Assembly: GCA_965205265.1 (NCBI GenBank)
Contig: CBDBGH010000003.1
Coordinates: 2,752,001-2,816,000 of the forward strand
Origin: Alphaproteobacteria bacterium
GTDB lineage: Bacteria > Pseudomonadota > Alphaproteobacteria > Bin95
Reading direction: 5' to 3'
Length of the DNA: 64,000 nucleotides
Within the stretch, counting starts at the first letter, position 1. Each line of letters opens with the position of its first letter. A program made the translations under genes and the position numbers. The notes under the pieces were generated by a model that was given only the letters and a program-made list of their open reading frames with translations, was not told the origin of the DNA and did no database searches. Below are positions 10,017 through 20,484 of this stretch, piece by piece.

Positions 10017-11932
10017 CCTGACTTCGACGGTTGGGCTGACTTCTGACCGATCTCGCGTCTGGAGTTTTCAGTAAAGCCAATGAGTTGGCAGTTGCGGTGC
10101 GGTCAAGCTGCGTTGTAGTGCCTAGTAAATCTTTGAGACTGTCAATGCCTCCGCCACGCGCTACACTCCCCCCATGTTCGTGCGCATCAAGACCTCCCCC
10201 AACAGCCCGCGACGCTCGGTCCAGATCGTCGAGGCCGTGCGCGACGGCGGCAAGGTCCGACAGCGCATCGTCCGCCATGTCGGCGTGGCCATGGACGAGG
10301 ACGAGCTCGAGCGCCTGAGGCAGCTCGGCGAGTACGTCAAGGCGAAGCTGGAGGACGAGCGTCAGCCGGCATTGTTTGCGCCCGAGAAGATCGCTGAGCA
10401 GGCGATCCGTGTCGGCCGCCGGGGGGACGGCAAGGAGGAACTCCCGGTCGACCTCAAGCAGCTTGAAGAGGAGCAGCGCCTGATCACAGGCATCCACGAG
10501 GTCTATGGCGAGATCTACCGGCTGCTGGGCCTCGACGCGCTGCTGCCGCGCTCGCGCTACCGGGCCTCCCATGACGCGCTGTTCCATGTGGTGATGGCGC
10601 GGGTAGCCAACCCCGACAGCAAGCGGGGCAGCGTGCGCCGGCTCGAGGAGGACTTCGGCGTGAGTCTTCCGCTCGAGAAGGTCTACCGGATGATGGATCA
10701 GCTCGACGCGACGGTGATCGAGCGACTGCGCACGCGCGTCGGCGAGGCGAGCCGGTCGCTGCTGCCGGAGCCGGTCGCGATCCTCTTCTTCGATTGCACC
10801 ACGCTCTACTTCGAGACGGCCGCCGAGGACGAGCTTCGCCAGCACGGCTTCAGCAAGGACGGCAAACACAAGGACTCGCAGGTTCTGCTGGCGCTGATGG
10901 TGACGCGCGAAGGGCTGCCGATCAGCTACGAGGTCTTCCCCGGCGCCACCTACGAGGGACACAGCATGGTCCCGGTCCTGCAGGACATGCAGCGCCGCCA
11001 CCAGGTGGAGCGCACGGTATGCGTGGCCGACCGGGGCATGCTGAGCGCCGACAACCTCGACGCCATGGACGCCATCGGCGGCGAGTATGTCGTCGGCGCG
11101 CGGCTGCGCAAGCTGCCGCTCGCGCTGCTGGGGCAGGTTCTCGACCCCGGGACCTATGCCCCGCTGGAGGGCTCACAGGACCGCCGGGTCGGCGAGTGGG
11201 AGTACAAGGGCCGTCGCCTGATCGTCGTCTTCTGCCCCCAGCGCGCACGCAAGGACGCGCACGAGCGCCGCCATCAGGTGGAACGCCTGCTCGACAGGCT
11301 GGCCCGCAGCGACAATCCCAGGGAACTGCTCTCCAATCACGGGGCGAAGCGCTTCATCGCCGTCGAGGGCGACGCACGGCTCACGGTGAACCCGGAGAAG
11401 ATCGCCGAGGCCGCACGATGGGACGGGCTCACCGGCGTCATCACCAATCTGCGCGACGCGCGCGTCACCGAAGTGATGGCTCACTACCAGGGGCTCTGGC
11501 AGGTCGAGGAGAGCTTCCGGATCACCAAACACGACCTGAAGATACGTCCCATCTGGCACTGGAACCCGGACCGGATCCGCGCTCACATCGCCATCGCCTT
11601 CCTGGCCTTCGCCTGCGTTCGACACCTTGCGTACCGCGTCGCCATCCAGAAGCGGCGGATGTCCCCGGAGGTCATCCGCTCCGCCCTCGTCCACCGCCAG
11701 TGCTCCCTGCTGCGCTGTCGGCAATCGGGCAACCGCTACGTCATCCCCTCGAAGCCGACACCGGCGGCGGAGCAGATTTACGCAACCATGGGGCTGCCCC
11801 TGACGATCACCCCGTATCAACTCGCCTGACCGTCGACGAAGCACGGCTCGAAGAAATGCCGGATGTAGTGCCTAGCCGAAATGAGAACCAGGCAATATCA
11901 ACTACTTATGCGAATCAACCGTCGAAGTCAGG
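10017..11932 (+). mobile_element. IS1634-family insertion sequence
   Basis: 17-bp terminal IRs CCTGACTTCGACGGTTG / CAACCGTCGAAGTCAGG; single transposase; long flanking direct repeat. Confidence 0.93.
10174..11829 (+). CDS. IS1634-family DDE transposase
   Basis: FFDCTTLYFE, GFSKDGK, VADRGM, WQVEESFRITKHDLKIRPIWHW...IRAHIAIAFLA. Confidence 0.93.
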   Translation: MFVRIKTSPNSPRRSVQIVEAVRDGGKVRQRIVRHVGVAMDEDELERLRQLGEYVKAKLEDERQPALFAPEKIAEQAIRVGRRGDGKEELPVDLKQLEEEQRLITGIHEVYGEIYRLLGLDALLPRSRYRASHDALFHVVMARVANPDSKRGSVRRLEEDFGVSLPLEKVYRMMDQLDATVIERLRTRVGEASRSLLPEPVAILFFDCTTLYFETAAEDELRQHGFSKDGKHKDSQVLLALMVTREGLPISYEVFPGATYEGHSMVPVLQDMQRRHQVERTVCVADRGMLSADNLDAMDAIGGEYVVGARLRKLPLALLGQVLDPGTYAPLEGSQDRRVGEWEYKGRRLIVVFCPQRARKDAHERRHQVERLLDRLARSDNPRELLSNHGAKRFIAVEGDARLTVNPEKIAEAARWDGLTGVITNLRDARVTEVMAHYQGLWQVEESFRITKHDLKIRPIWHWNPDRIRAHIAIAFLAFACVRHLAYRVAIQKRRMSPEVIRSALVHRQCSLLRCRQSGNRYVIPSKPTPAAEQIYATMGLPLTITPYQLA

Positions 11933-12387
11933 AGAACTGGGACCCTCTCGGCGTGGCTCAGGCGTCCGGGGTGGTTAGTGCACAGGGTGCCGCAAGGGCT
12001 CCACTACAATGTGAAGGACTGGTCGCTCGTCGTTTATCCTGACGGGACTTCGACTTCGCTGGACTCTGGTGTCTGGGCGTCCGTTGTGCATGGCACCCGG
12101 ACCGCCTCCACGAGCATGCCGCAGACGGGAATGGCGACCTATGCTGGCAGAGCGTCGGCCTATGTCTTCGAACCCAGCCCGGGAGAGGGGCGCGCCTCGT
12201 CCAACTATGCTGAAGGCTACAGCGGCTCGCTGACGTTGTCGGCGGACTTCGCGGCGGGCAGCGTCTCCGGCCGGATTTCCGACCTCGAGCATAGCCCGAC
12301 ATACTTCAACAGCGGCACCTACAGTGCGGCCGCTGGCGAGTTCACGATCTCCAACGGAGCCATCCAGGGGAACGCCCTGTCCGGCAC
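11933..12387. repeat. 455-bp direct repeat copy 2
   Basis: Matches 9562-10016. Confidence 0.95.
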
Positions 12388-12538
12388 CTTGTCAGGTCTA
12401 GGCTACAGCGGCACCGTCTCGGGCGCCTTCTACGGGCCGGCTGTCGACGAGGCCGCCGGCGTGATGCAGGCGGCGGGACCGGAAGGCAAGCTGCTTCACG
12501 GCTGGTTCGGCGGCGCCCGCCAGTAGCAACGCCCGCAG

Positions 12539-13849
12539 GTGCGCGCGGGCGCACTCCCGGCTGCGGTCGCGGCAGCGCTGCTGTTCGCCGCGACCGCGTT
12601 CGGTCAAACGGACGGTCCCCCGAACCGACCAGACGACATGCAGTTCGGCCGGCTTCTGTTCGAGGCCGGCCGTTTTCGTGACGCGCGCGCGTTCCTGGAG
12701 CAGGCCCGGCCGGGCGACGAAGAGGAGAAGGTCGAGCGGCTGTTCCTGTTGGGCCTCGTCGAGGCGCGGCTCGGCCACCTGCGGGAGGCCGCCGAGCGCT
12801 TCGAATCCATCCTCGCCCAGCGTCCCGAGCTGACGCGCGTCCGGCTGGAACTGGCCCGCGTCTATGGCCTGCTAGGACGCGACGAGAAGGCGCGCTTCCA
12901 TTTCGAAGCGACGCTTGCTGACGAACTACCGTCCTCGGTCGAGGAGGCGGTCGAGGCCTGGCTCGATCGCATCGACGCACGCAAGCGCTGGTCGGTTTCC
13001 GTCTCCGCCGCGATCCTGCCGGAGAGCAACCCGGCGAAGCGCACGGATGACGACGAGGTGCGCATTGGCGGCGTGCCGTTCCGGCTCGACGAGGATGCCC
13101 GTGAGGCCTCGGGTACGGGTCTCCTGTTCAGCGCGGGCGCGCAGTATTCGCCCGTGCTGGCCCACGACTGGCGCGGCGTTCTCGCCGTCTCGGCGGCGGC
13201 GAAGCTCTACGAGCAATCCGACTGGAACGATATTTCGGTCCAAAGCGATATCGGGATCGCGCGATTGTTCGACCGGGGCAGCGCAAGCGGTGGCATACGC
13301 CTCGGCCGGCGGTGGCTGGACGCAGATCGTTACAGCGACGGCATCGGTCCCTGGATGCGCGGCCGTCTGCGGCTGTCTCCGGCGTTGCGGATGGACGCCA
13401 CGCTAAATGCGGAGCGCCGCGACCATCCACAACATCCGGGCCTTGACGGCTGGACCGTTACATTCGGCCCCGGTCTGGACTACGCTCTCAGCTCCCGGAC
13501 GACCCTCCGGGCCGAACTCGACCTCGAACATGTAGAGGCCCGTGAAGATCGCCACGGCAGCCGGCTCGTGGGTCTGACCTTCGGGGTCTCCCATGCCTTC
13601 GAAGGCGGCCTCTCCGTGTCGCCCAGGGGGGCCGTCCACTGGCGGCGCCATGCAGGCCGGGACCCTCTCTTCGGGACGACGCGCTCGGACCGGCAGACAC
13701 GCCTCTCCGTGAACCTGCTCCACCGAGCGCTGCGATATCGCGGCTTTGCGCCCTATGTTGGCTTCTTCGTCGAGTGGAACCGGTCCAATATTCCGGTCAA
13801 CAGCTACAGCAACCGGGGCGGCATTCTCGGGGTCTCCAGGTCCTTTTAG
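12539..13849 (+). CDS. Slam-family (type XI secretion) translocon
   Basis: Signal peptide; TPRs (FESILAQRPELTRVRLELAR); PESNPAKRT; barrel ending GVSRSF; 12 bp after the TbpB-like gene. Confidence 0.87.
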   Translation: MRAGALPAAVAAALLFAATAFGQTDGPPNRPDDMQFGRLLFEAGRFRDARAFLEQARPGDEEEKVERLFLLGLVEARLGHLREAAERFESILAQRPELTRVRLELARVYGLLGRDEKARFHFEATLADELPSSVEEAVEAWLDRIDARKRWSVSVSAAILPESNPAKRTDDDEVRIGGVPFRLDEDAREASGTGLLFSAGAQYSPVLAHDWRGVLAVSAAAKLYEQSDWNDISVQSDIGIARLFDRGSASGGIRLGRRWLDADRYSDGIGPWMRGRLRLSPALRMDATLNAERRDHPQHPGLDGWTVTFGPGLDYALSSRTTLRAELDLEHVEAREDRHGSRLVGLTFGVSHAFEGGLSVSPRGAVHWRRHAGRDPLFGTTRSDRQTRLSVNLLHRALRYRGFAPYVGFFVEWNRSNIPVNSYSNRGGILGVSRSF

Positions 13850-14011
13850 CGCCGCGCCCCGAAGACAAAAGAGAAGAGAAGCCCCGGATTTCGGTAAGGT
13901 CGCGTCATGGCCCCAGTTGTACCATGTATGGCTATGGGCAGAAACCGAAAATGCCAACTCGATCAGGGGAAGCGCTTTTGAAGATTCTGTAACGGCTTCG
14001 GCGTTTGGATT

Positions 14012-14110
14012 GTAAGCGATGGTGGGCCGCTTGGCTTTCGGCTTGACGGGGGACGAAATTCCAGGGAGCAAGTCGTCGATGCGGCTGTTTGGATGCAAGC
14101 CTCCGAGGTA
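14012..14110 (-). mobile_element. Degenerate IS66 right-end remnant
   Basis: GTAAGCG terminus at 14012; frameshifted HPNSRIDDLLPWN-like tail similar to the tail of 1874-2261. Confidence 0.55.
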
Positions 14111-14177
14111 ACCCGCCCAGTGGGAGAGGACCCCAACGGCACGCTCCAAACATGAGCCTGTATTGGACGCCTTGGCA

Positions 14178-15077
14178 TTACTGCCGTTTTGCGCCGAACG
14201 CGCCGACATAGGCCCCGGTGTCGAACACGCCCCAGGCCTCCTCGTGGGCGGGACCGTGGAAGTGCCCGTCGATGCGGTCGGTTCCGGCCGTGCCCTTGCC
14301 GAACCCGCCGTCGGACGGTGTCATGCCGATCCATCTGAGCGCCACGCCGGCGCCGCCGTCGTCGAGGTCAATGTCGACATCGACGAGGGGCCGCGACAGG
14401 TCTGCGATCCGCAGTTCCGCGGTCCCGGTAAGGCGCGCGAAGTCGGCGGTCCGGGCCGCCTCGGCGATACCTCGCCAGGTGGCGCTCCCTGTCCCGGCGG
14501 GGCTCGTCCCCGACGCCTCGCCGGCTGCCCAGGCATACGCCGCGTCGAAGCGGCCGCTCCACAGCTGCCCATCGGCCTCGGCCGCCAGCGTGCCCGCGCC
14601 GATCTCCACCGCCGCATAGCCGTGCTCGCCCCAGAAGCCGTAGCGCGTGAACGACGCATTGGAGACCGTCGCGGAGGCCCCGGAGAAGACCCTCGTGAGC
14701 GGCGGTCCGCCTGTCGTTCTCGTAACCGTCCCGAACCCGTCCCGCGTTCCGGCGCCGCCGGTGTCCGACAGATCCCGCAGGTCGCTCGCCGCGCACCCCG
14801 CGGCCGGGCAGGACAGAGGCACGGACCCGTCCTCTTCGATCGACAGTGCGCCGTCGCGCTCGAGCGTGTAGCCGAAGTGAAGCCACGAGACGACTTGTGC
14901 TGCGGAAGATCCGGCAGCAGGCGGCCGGGGCTCTGTCACAGGCGGTTGGGGCCCGGTGACAGGCGGCTGGGGACCGTCGCCGGAGGGGGAGCCGCCCCCG
15001 CCGCCGCAGGCAGCCAGCGCCAGCGCAGCCGCGAGCGCGGCGGCGCGCAGGGCCCGGTTCTTCATCGGGGTCTTCAT
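14178..15077 (-). CDS. TbpB-barrel surface lipoprotein
   Basis: LALAAC lipobox, GGGGG linker, Pro-rich repeats; GSATWRG; GHFHGPAHEEAWGVF...VGAFGAKRQ. Confidence 0.82.
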   Translation of the reverse strand: MKTPMKNRALRAAALAAALALAACGGGGGSPSGDGPQPPVTGPQPPVTEPRPPAAGSSAAQVVSWLHFGYTLERDGALSIEEDGSVPLSCPAAGCAASDLRDLSDTGGAGTRDGFGTVTRTTGGPPLTRVFSGASATVSNASFTRYGFWGEHGYAAVEIGAGTLAAEADGQLWSGRFDAAYAWAAGEASGTSPAGTGSATWRGIAEAARTADFARLTGTAELRIADLSRPLVDVDIDLDDGGAGVALRWIGMTPSDGGFGKGTAGTDRIDGHFHGPAHEEAWGVFDTGAYVGAFGAKRQ

Positions 15078-15133
15078 TGCACCCGGCCTCCTTGCCGGCC
15101 GGCGGCCCGTCCGGATCGTCATGTCCGCCTCCC

Positions 15134-18100
15134 TCAGAACCGCAGCAGCAGGTCGAGCCGGAGCGCGTGCTCCGGCGTTGCCGCCGCGCGCTCGCGGCGC
15201 TCGCCCGCAAGTTCCAGGCGCAAGTCCGCGCGCGATGCGTCGAACCGGGTCCCGATCTTGAGACGCCCGCTGTCGCCCCCGGCAAGGCCCGCTTCCGCGA
15301 ACGGCGTCAGCACGCCCGCCGCCGCCAGGCCGAACCCGTAGCCGAGCCGCGCATCCACAGCGCCGCTGTTGCCGGACGCCGACGGGTTCGGCATCTCATC
15401 GCTCCACAGCGCCCGCGCGCCGCCCGCATCCGCGCCCCAGCGCGGGCTGAGCGCGAAGAACAGGCCGCGCCCGTCCGCCCCCGGACCGGCCCGCGCGGTC
15501 AGGCTCACGCCCTTCTCTTCCGCACCCTCCTCGCTGTGCGCCGTGAGCCAGCGCCCGCGCAGCTCCACCGCGATCTCCGGCGCAACCCAACGCAGCCCGC
15601 CGGCAAGCTCGACGCCGCTGCCCTCGAGGCCATCGCCGCCGTCCTGCCGCATCGCCGCCTCCAGGAACGGCTCGAACGCGGCATCGCCTTCCAGAGCGAA
15701 GCGCCGCGAGGCCTCCATGCCGGCACGCAGCCGCCAGCTGTCGGCGGACAGCCCGTGAATGGCGTCCGGGCCCTCTTCGATCTCGACCCGCGTGATGCTC
15801 GCATCCGCCCGTACCGCCAGCGCGACGCCGGCGAGATCGGGAAGCGCCCGCCTGGCCCCCAACGACGCCATGCGCATCGTGAGGCCGCCGGTCTCCGTCG
15901 CCCCGTCCTCCGGCTTGTGGCGCGCCTCGCCCTCGCCCGCGCCCACCACGCCGCGCAACTCAAGCCCGTCGCCCAGCGTCCAGCGCCCGTAGGGGTAGGC
16001 CGCCGTCAGCGATGTCTCCAGCCGGCCCCGGCCCGACGGGTCGTCGCCGGCAAAGGCGTAATCCGCCTCGCCCTCGCCGTGCGAGACCGCAAGCCCCGCC
16101 ACCCAGGGCCCGGCCCGTGCGTCAATCCCGAGCCAGCCCGTGCGCAACGCCCCGTCGTAGCTGAGCCCCGCCTCGCCGCGGCCCGCGAACGTCCCGAGAT
16201 CGCCCCGGCCCCACACGGCCCATAGCGGCGTCGTCGGGCTGGAACCGCTGCCCTCCGACGCGCCCAGATGCAGCGAGAAGGCGCTCGCGCCGAACAGCCG
16301 GCCGGCTTCCATCGTCCGGCTCCCTGCCGCCGCGCAGCCGGGGAGGCCGCCATAGCCGCCGCCGAACCGTTCCGCCGCGCAGGGCCGCAACCCGTTGTTC
16401 TCCGCGGTAGCCGTCGCGGCGCCGCCCTCCAGCGGCAGCCACTCGCCCGCCAGAGACAGGCCGCTCGCGCCGATGTCGCCGAACCTGGCGCCGATATTGT
16501 CCAGCGCGCCCGCCGTCGCGCGCCGCGCCACTGCCGCAAGCGCCTGCTCCACCGCAGCCTGAACCCGCGCCCGGCGCGGGTCCTCCGCCACGATTATGGC
16601 GAACGCGAGCTCAGCCGCGTCCCCGTCCTCGTCGGTCGCCCTGTAGGTGTAGGTCGTCGCCGCCTGGGTCGTCGTGGGTGTGCCCGTCAGCCTGCGCGTC
16701 AAGGGGTCGAACGACAGTCCCGCCGGCAGCGTCCCCAGCAGATCGTAGGTCAGCGTGCCGTCGCCGCCACTCGCCGCCGGAAGCAACAAATCCGCCATCG
16801 TCCGGTCCTGCGTCCAGGTCCGGTCCGGGATCGATGCATCGGCGGCAAAGCTCGGCGCCAGGTCCGTCACTGTCGGCCTCGAACTCGAGCCCGGCGGCGA
16901 ATTGGTCCTCGCGCGGCGTGTGCTCCGGGCCAGCCTGGGGGCGGGGTTGCCCGGACCGAGCGCGGTGACGGTAATGTCGTACTCGGTATTCGCCTCGAGG
17001 CCCGTGAATATGTGCGAAGTGGACGTGATGTCGTCTGACCCGGACAGGGTCGAGTTACTGACCTTCACGCTCCGGACCGCGTAACGCGTGGCGCCGTCCA
17101 CCGTGTCCCAAGTCGCCCGAAGCCGGTCGGTGGCGCCGTCCACCGCGGCCACCGTCAGGTTCGGGACTGCCGCCAGCGCCTCCTCCACCTCGATGGTGAA
17201 GGTCAGGGTCGCTCTGTCGCTGTCGGCGTCCGCAACCCTGTACGCGTAGGTCGTCGGGCCCTGCAGCGCCGTCGGCGTGCCGGACAGCGTCCGCGTCTCC
17301 TCGTCGAAGCTCAGCCCATCCGGCAGGAACAAGTTCCCGGGAGGGCCCAGAACCGAGTAATGCAGCGTCCCGTTGCCACCCGTCGCCGCCGGCAGAACCA
17401 GTGGCTCGATCTGCACGTCCTTCGTGAAGGACCGGTTCGCGATCGACGTGCCGGGCCGGAATGACGGCATCAGATCCTCCGCCACCACCGTGATCGAGAA
17501 CGTCAGCGATGCCGTGCGGTTCTTACGGTCCGTCGCCGTGTACGTGTAGGTCGTCTTGCCCTGCAGCGCCGTCGGCGTCCCGGTCAGAGCGCCGGGGTCC
17601 GGTCCGGCCGTTGACGCTCTGTTGGCTTCGAATGTCAGGCCCGCCGGCGGGGACGGACGCAGGGCGTAGGTCACCACGTCCCCGCTTCGCGCCCGCGGAA
17701 ACTTCAGCAACTCGATGTCAAGGCCCAAGGAGTAGATCTGGTCGGCGATCGACGCATCGGATGCAAAGCTCGGCGCGGCGTTGCCGTCGTCGTCCGTCAC
17801 CGTGACCCGCACGGAGGGCCCCCTGTTCACGTCGCCAAAGCCGGCGACCGCGTGGTCCACCTGCGCCCCGCGAGCCCTTTCGTTCACGAGGTTGTCGTTC
17901 ACTCCGGTCACGGTCACCGACTGAGGCATGTGCCAGTTCGCGGCCGTGAACCGAAGCGGCGTCGTGTCCACGCGCGCGTTCCCGGCTTGATCGGTGTGGA
18001 TGCTTGGCGTTACCGTCACCGTGCCCGTCGGCCGTCGGCCCAGAACCACCGTATAGCTCGCCTCGTTCTCCTTCGCTGACGTCGCCGGATCGTCAGCCTC

Positions 18101-18739
18101 CGCGACGACCAGATCCCGCGGCGTTACCGTCACGGCAGGGCCGTCATCGTCGAGCATTACCACTCGCACGACGTACTGCGAGCCCGGGCGGTAGCCTGCT
18201 CCGGACCTGACGATGAACTGCAGCCAGCCGTTCGGCTCATGGCTGTCGTCGCCGACAGTCCGGACGCGGATCGTCTTTTCGCTCTCTCCCCGATAGAAGG
18301 TGACGGTCCGTCTGCCGGTGTCCATCGGTTCGGCAATGTCGCTCCACTGGCTCTCGCCCACCGAGACGTTCACGGTCACGCCGCCCTGCGGCGCCGGGCT
18401 CGACAGCGTCACCGTGAAGGTCGCGTCCGTCCCCTCGAGTACCGGGCCTTCCCCTGCGACGCTGGCGCTCGGCACTGTCTGCGCGTGGGCCGGAAGCGAC
18501 ACGAGCGCGCCAAATGCAAACAGGAAGGCAAGGCGGCGGAAGTCACGGGACAACGCCAACGGAGCCCGGCGGGGCGCCCGCACCGTGCAAGGCACAAGCA
18601 CGCCCGGCGCTCCGTTCCGCGCCGGATTGTTCTCGGGATCGTTCGACATACGCGCGCGCCTCATGGCAGGGGATCGCTCCAGCATCCTGTTTGAAATTGA
18701 GCCCGCGACCGATCCGGTCCGATGGCATGCGCCAGTCAT
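15134..18739 (-). CDS. Autotransporter adhesin-like protein (Calx-beta-like, three putative-Ig repeats, FN3, C-terminal barrel); start uncertain
   Basis: VLEGTDATFTVTLS; LPAATGGNGTL..LPDGLSFD..RTLSGTPT repeats; FTGLEANTEYDITV; RQDGGDGLEGSGVELAGG; ends LLRF. Confidence 0.82.
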   Translation of the reverse strand: MTGACHRTGSVAGSISNRMLERSPAMRRARMSNDPENNPARNGAPGVLVPCTVRAPRRAPLALSRDFRRLAFLFAFGALVSLPAHAQTVPSASVAGEGPVLEGTDATFTVTLSSPAPQGGVTVNVSVGESQWSDIAEPMDTGRRTVTFYRGESEKTIRVRTVGDDSHEPNGWLQFIVRSGAGYRPGSQYVVRVVMLDDDGPAVTVTPRDLVVAEADDPATSAKENEASYTVVLGRRPTGTVTVTPSIHTDQAGNARVDTTPLRFTAANWHMPQSVTVTGVNDNLVNERARGAQVDHAVAGFGDVNRGPSVRVTVTDDDGNAAPSFASDASIADQIYSLGLDIELLKFPRARSGDVVTYALRPSPPAGLTFEANRASTAGPDPGALTGTPTALQGKTTYTYTATDRKNRTASLTFSITVVAEDLMPSFRPGTSIANRSFTKDVQIEPLVLPAATGGNGTLHYSVLGPPGNLFLPDGLSFDEETRTLSGTPTALQGPTTYAYRVADADSDRATLTFTIEVEEALAAVPNLTVAAVDGATDRLRATWDTVDGATRYAVRSVKVSNSTLSGSDDITSTSHIFTGLEANTEYDITVTALGPGNPAPRLARSTRRARTNSPPGSSSRPTVTDLAPSFAADASIPDRTWTQDRTMADLLLPAASGGDGTLTYDLLGTLPAGLSFDPLTRRLTGTPTTTQAATTYTYRATDEDGDAAELAFAIIVAEDPRRARVQAAVEQALAAVARRATAGALDNIGARFGDIGASGLSLAGEWLPLEGGAATATAENNGLRPCAAERFGGGYGGLPGCAAAGSRTMEAGRLFGASAFSLHLGASEGSGSSPTTPLWAVWGRGDLGTFAGRGEAGLSYDGALRTGWLGIDARAGPWVAGLAVSHGEGEADYAFAGDDPSGRGRLETSLTAAYPYGRWTLGDGLELRGVVGAGEGEARHKPEDGATETGGLTMRMASLGARRALPDLAGVALAVRADASITRVEIEEGPDAIHGLSADSWRLRAGMEASRRFALEGDAAFEPFLEAAMRQDGGDGLEGSGVELAGGLRWVAPEIAVELRGRWLTAHSEEGAEEKGVSLTARAGPGADGRGLFFALSPRWGADAGGARALWSDEMPNPSASGNSGAVDARLGYGFGLAAAGVLTPFAEAGLAGGDSGRLKIGTRFDASRADLRLELAGERRERAAATPEHALRLDLLLRF

Positions 18740-19236
18740 GCAAACCGCTGCAGGTAAAGAAGTTGTGCTGCCTCGCCGACCCGCGCCAGGCGCGGGGCGA
18801 AGTGGGCACCGGCATGGCTCCGCTCACGCCAAGTGGACGAATGCTCCTACCAGGACGCGTGGAGCCCCGGACCGGAATCCGGCGAAGTTGGGAAGGAAGA
18901 AGCAGGACCGTCGCGTGGCGGGTGGTGCGAACCGGTTAGGGCTGGCTCAAAGGAGCGGTCCCGGTGTGCGGACAGAGAGGCCGCGGAAGACAAGGAACAG
19001 TACCGCAGCGCCCTCATGGATATTCACCCTTCAGCCTACACAGCGCCGCACGCGCTGCTGTCAACCTCTGGTTGTCCGACAAGATAGACCTCTCGCTGTC
19101 ACGACCGCGTCCGGAAACTGCCCCAATATCCGAAGAGGCCCCACCCCGAAAGAAAAAAGTGAATAACCCTTCGGCATAGGCCGCCTGTCGCATTTCTCCG
19201 GGATCGGGGAGGATGCGCGCTCGGGGTGGCGCGCCG

Positions 19237-19830
19237 TAAGTGCCCATCGAGGATAAGTGGGCACTATGCGGATGTCGGACGCAGAGCGGACGGGTTCGGG
19301 GGTCGATGGCCTGGGGCGCCGCCGTTGGTGTCGGTGGAGCAAAGCGCAGAAGCGCCGGATCGTTGCGGAGAGTTGTCAGCCCGGGATTCCGGTTTCGGTC
19401 GTGGCGCGGCGGCATGACGTGATCGCGAACCCGGTTTTCAGCTGACGTCGCCAGTATCGGGACCCGGCGCGCGTAGTGGGCGGCTTCGTCCCGGTAGTTG
19501 TCTCTTCGACGAAAGGGGCGAAGTCGGCGAAGCTGTTGCCGGCGCCGAGGGATATCGAACCGACTGCCTCCGGACGGATCGGGATTGCCCTGGCGGATGG
19601 CTCGCGCGCAACGGGCGACCGGGATGTGGATGCGGTGGCGCTGTCGCGGGTGCTTGGGGTTCTGGGGTGGCGATGATCCCGGTTCCGAGCGGGGCGCGGG
19701 TGTGGCTTGCGACCGGCGTGACGGACATGCGGCGCGGGATGAACACCCTGGCGCTGCAAGTCCAGCGGGGTCTCGGGCGGGACCCGCATGCGGGCAATCT
19801 CTCCATCTTCCGTGGACGCAAAGGAGATGG
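19237..19830 (+). mobile_element. Degenerate IS66 tnpA/tnpB remnant
   Basis: RWSKAQKRRIVAESCQPGIPVSVVARRH (TnpA, broken); MIPVPSGARVWLATGVTDMRRG...IFRGRKGD (TnpB, truncated). Confidence 0.8.
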
Positions 19831-19895
19831 GCCGTTGAACACGAAAGCCCTGTGGGGGGGTCTGGGTCAGGGCGCGCGATGCAGCGGGGATCGTC

Positions 19896-20100
19896 GTGGA
19901 TGCACGGCTGTACGATCTGCGACATGCGCACGCATCGCACGCGGTCATGAACGGCGAGAGCCTGCATATCGCGGGACGCCTGCTTGGGCATCGTCGCGCG
20001 TCCACGACCAACCACTGCGTCCATCTCGACGATGCGACCCTGAGCGAAGCCTCCGAACGGGCGGCGATGGCGATTCAGGAGAAATTTGGCGGGAGTGTTG
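19896..20100 (+). pseudogene. Tyrosine recombinase C-terminal fragment
   Basis: RLYDLRHAHAS...LLGHRRASTT; catalytic His/Tyr positions altered; N-terminus absent. Confidence 0.75.
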
Positions 20101-20484
20101 AAGACGAAAGCTTCGATGTCGGCAAAACCCGCGGCGAGCCGATGAACGCTCTGTGCAGCCAGCACTGGCGCGTGCCCTCGTATCCGCTCCGCCATCTGGC
20201 CCAGCACCGACCAGCCTCCGAAGCCGGTCAGCTGAGCGTCAGTGAATCCCATCTGGACTTTGGGGCGGCCGAGGAAATACCTTAGCTCATTGTAAGTCTG
20301 CCTTTACGCCCCGGCTAGGCGCTGGGCGGAGCAACATCCGGTGACCCCCCAGCGGGGCGAGCCGGTTCGGGACAAATGGCTCAGTCTGAGCAGGAGAAGC
20401 AAGCTGTGGCCGCACGACGTTTTGATCTTGCAAGCCCGGTCTGGCCGGTGAAATTGAGCGCCCCAGCGCCTCTAGGACGGCGCC

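Larger units (their letters stand above)
8257..12526 (+). pseudogene. Two-lobed TbpB-like surface lipoprotein interrupted by IS1634 (reconstructed 8257-10016 + 12388-12526, 632 aa)
   Basis: RBS GGAG, MKFTT...LALAGC lipobox, Gly linker; two barrel lobes (PTGTAAYSG...GRFYGPNAHEFG; PQTGMATYAG...GAFYGPAVDEAAG...GWFGGARQ). Confidence 0.88.

Noticed and set aside
9562-12387. 455-bp duplication as a DGR template/variable repeat pair
   Set aside because: The copies appear identical with no adenine-specific changes, no reverse transcriptase is present, and the boundaries coincide exactly with the IS1634 IRs.
19896-20285. Functional integrase defining the island
   Set aside because: Only a short C-terminal fragment with altered catalytic residues.
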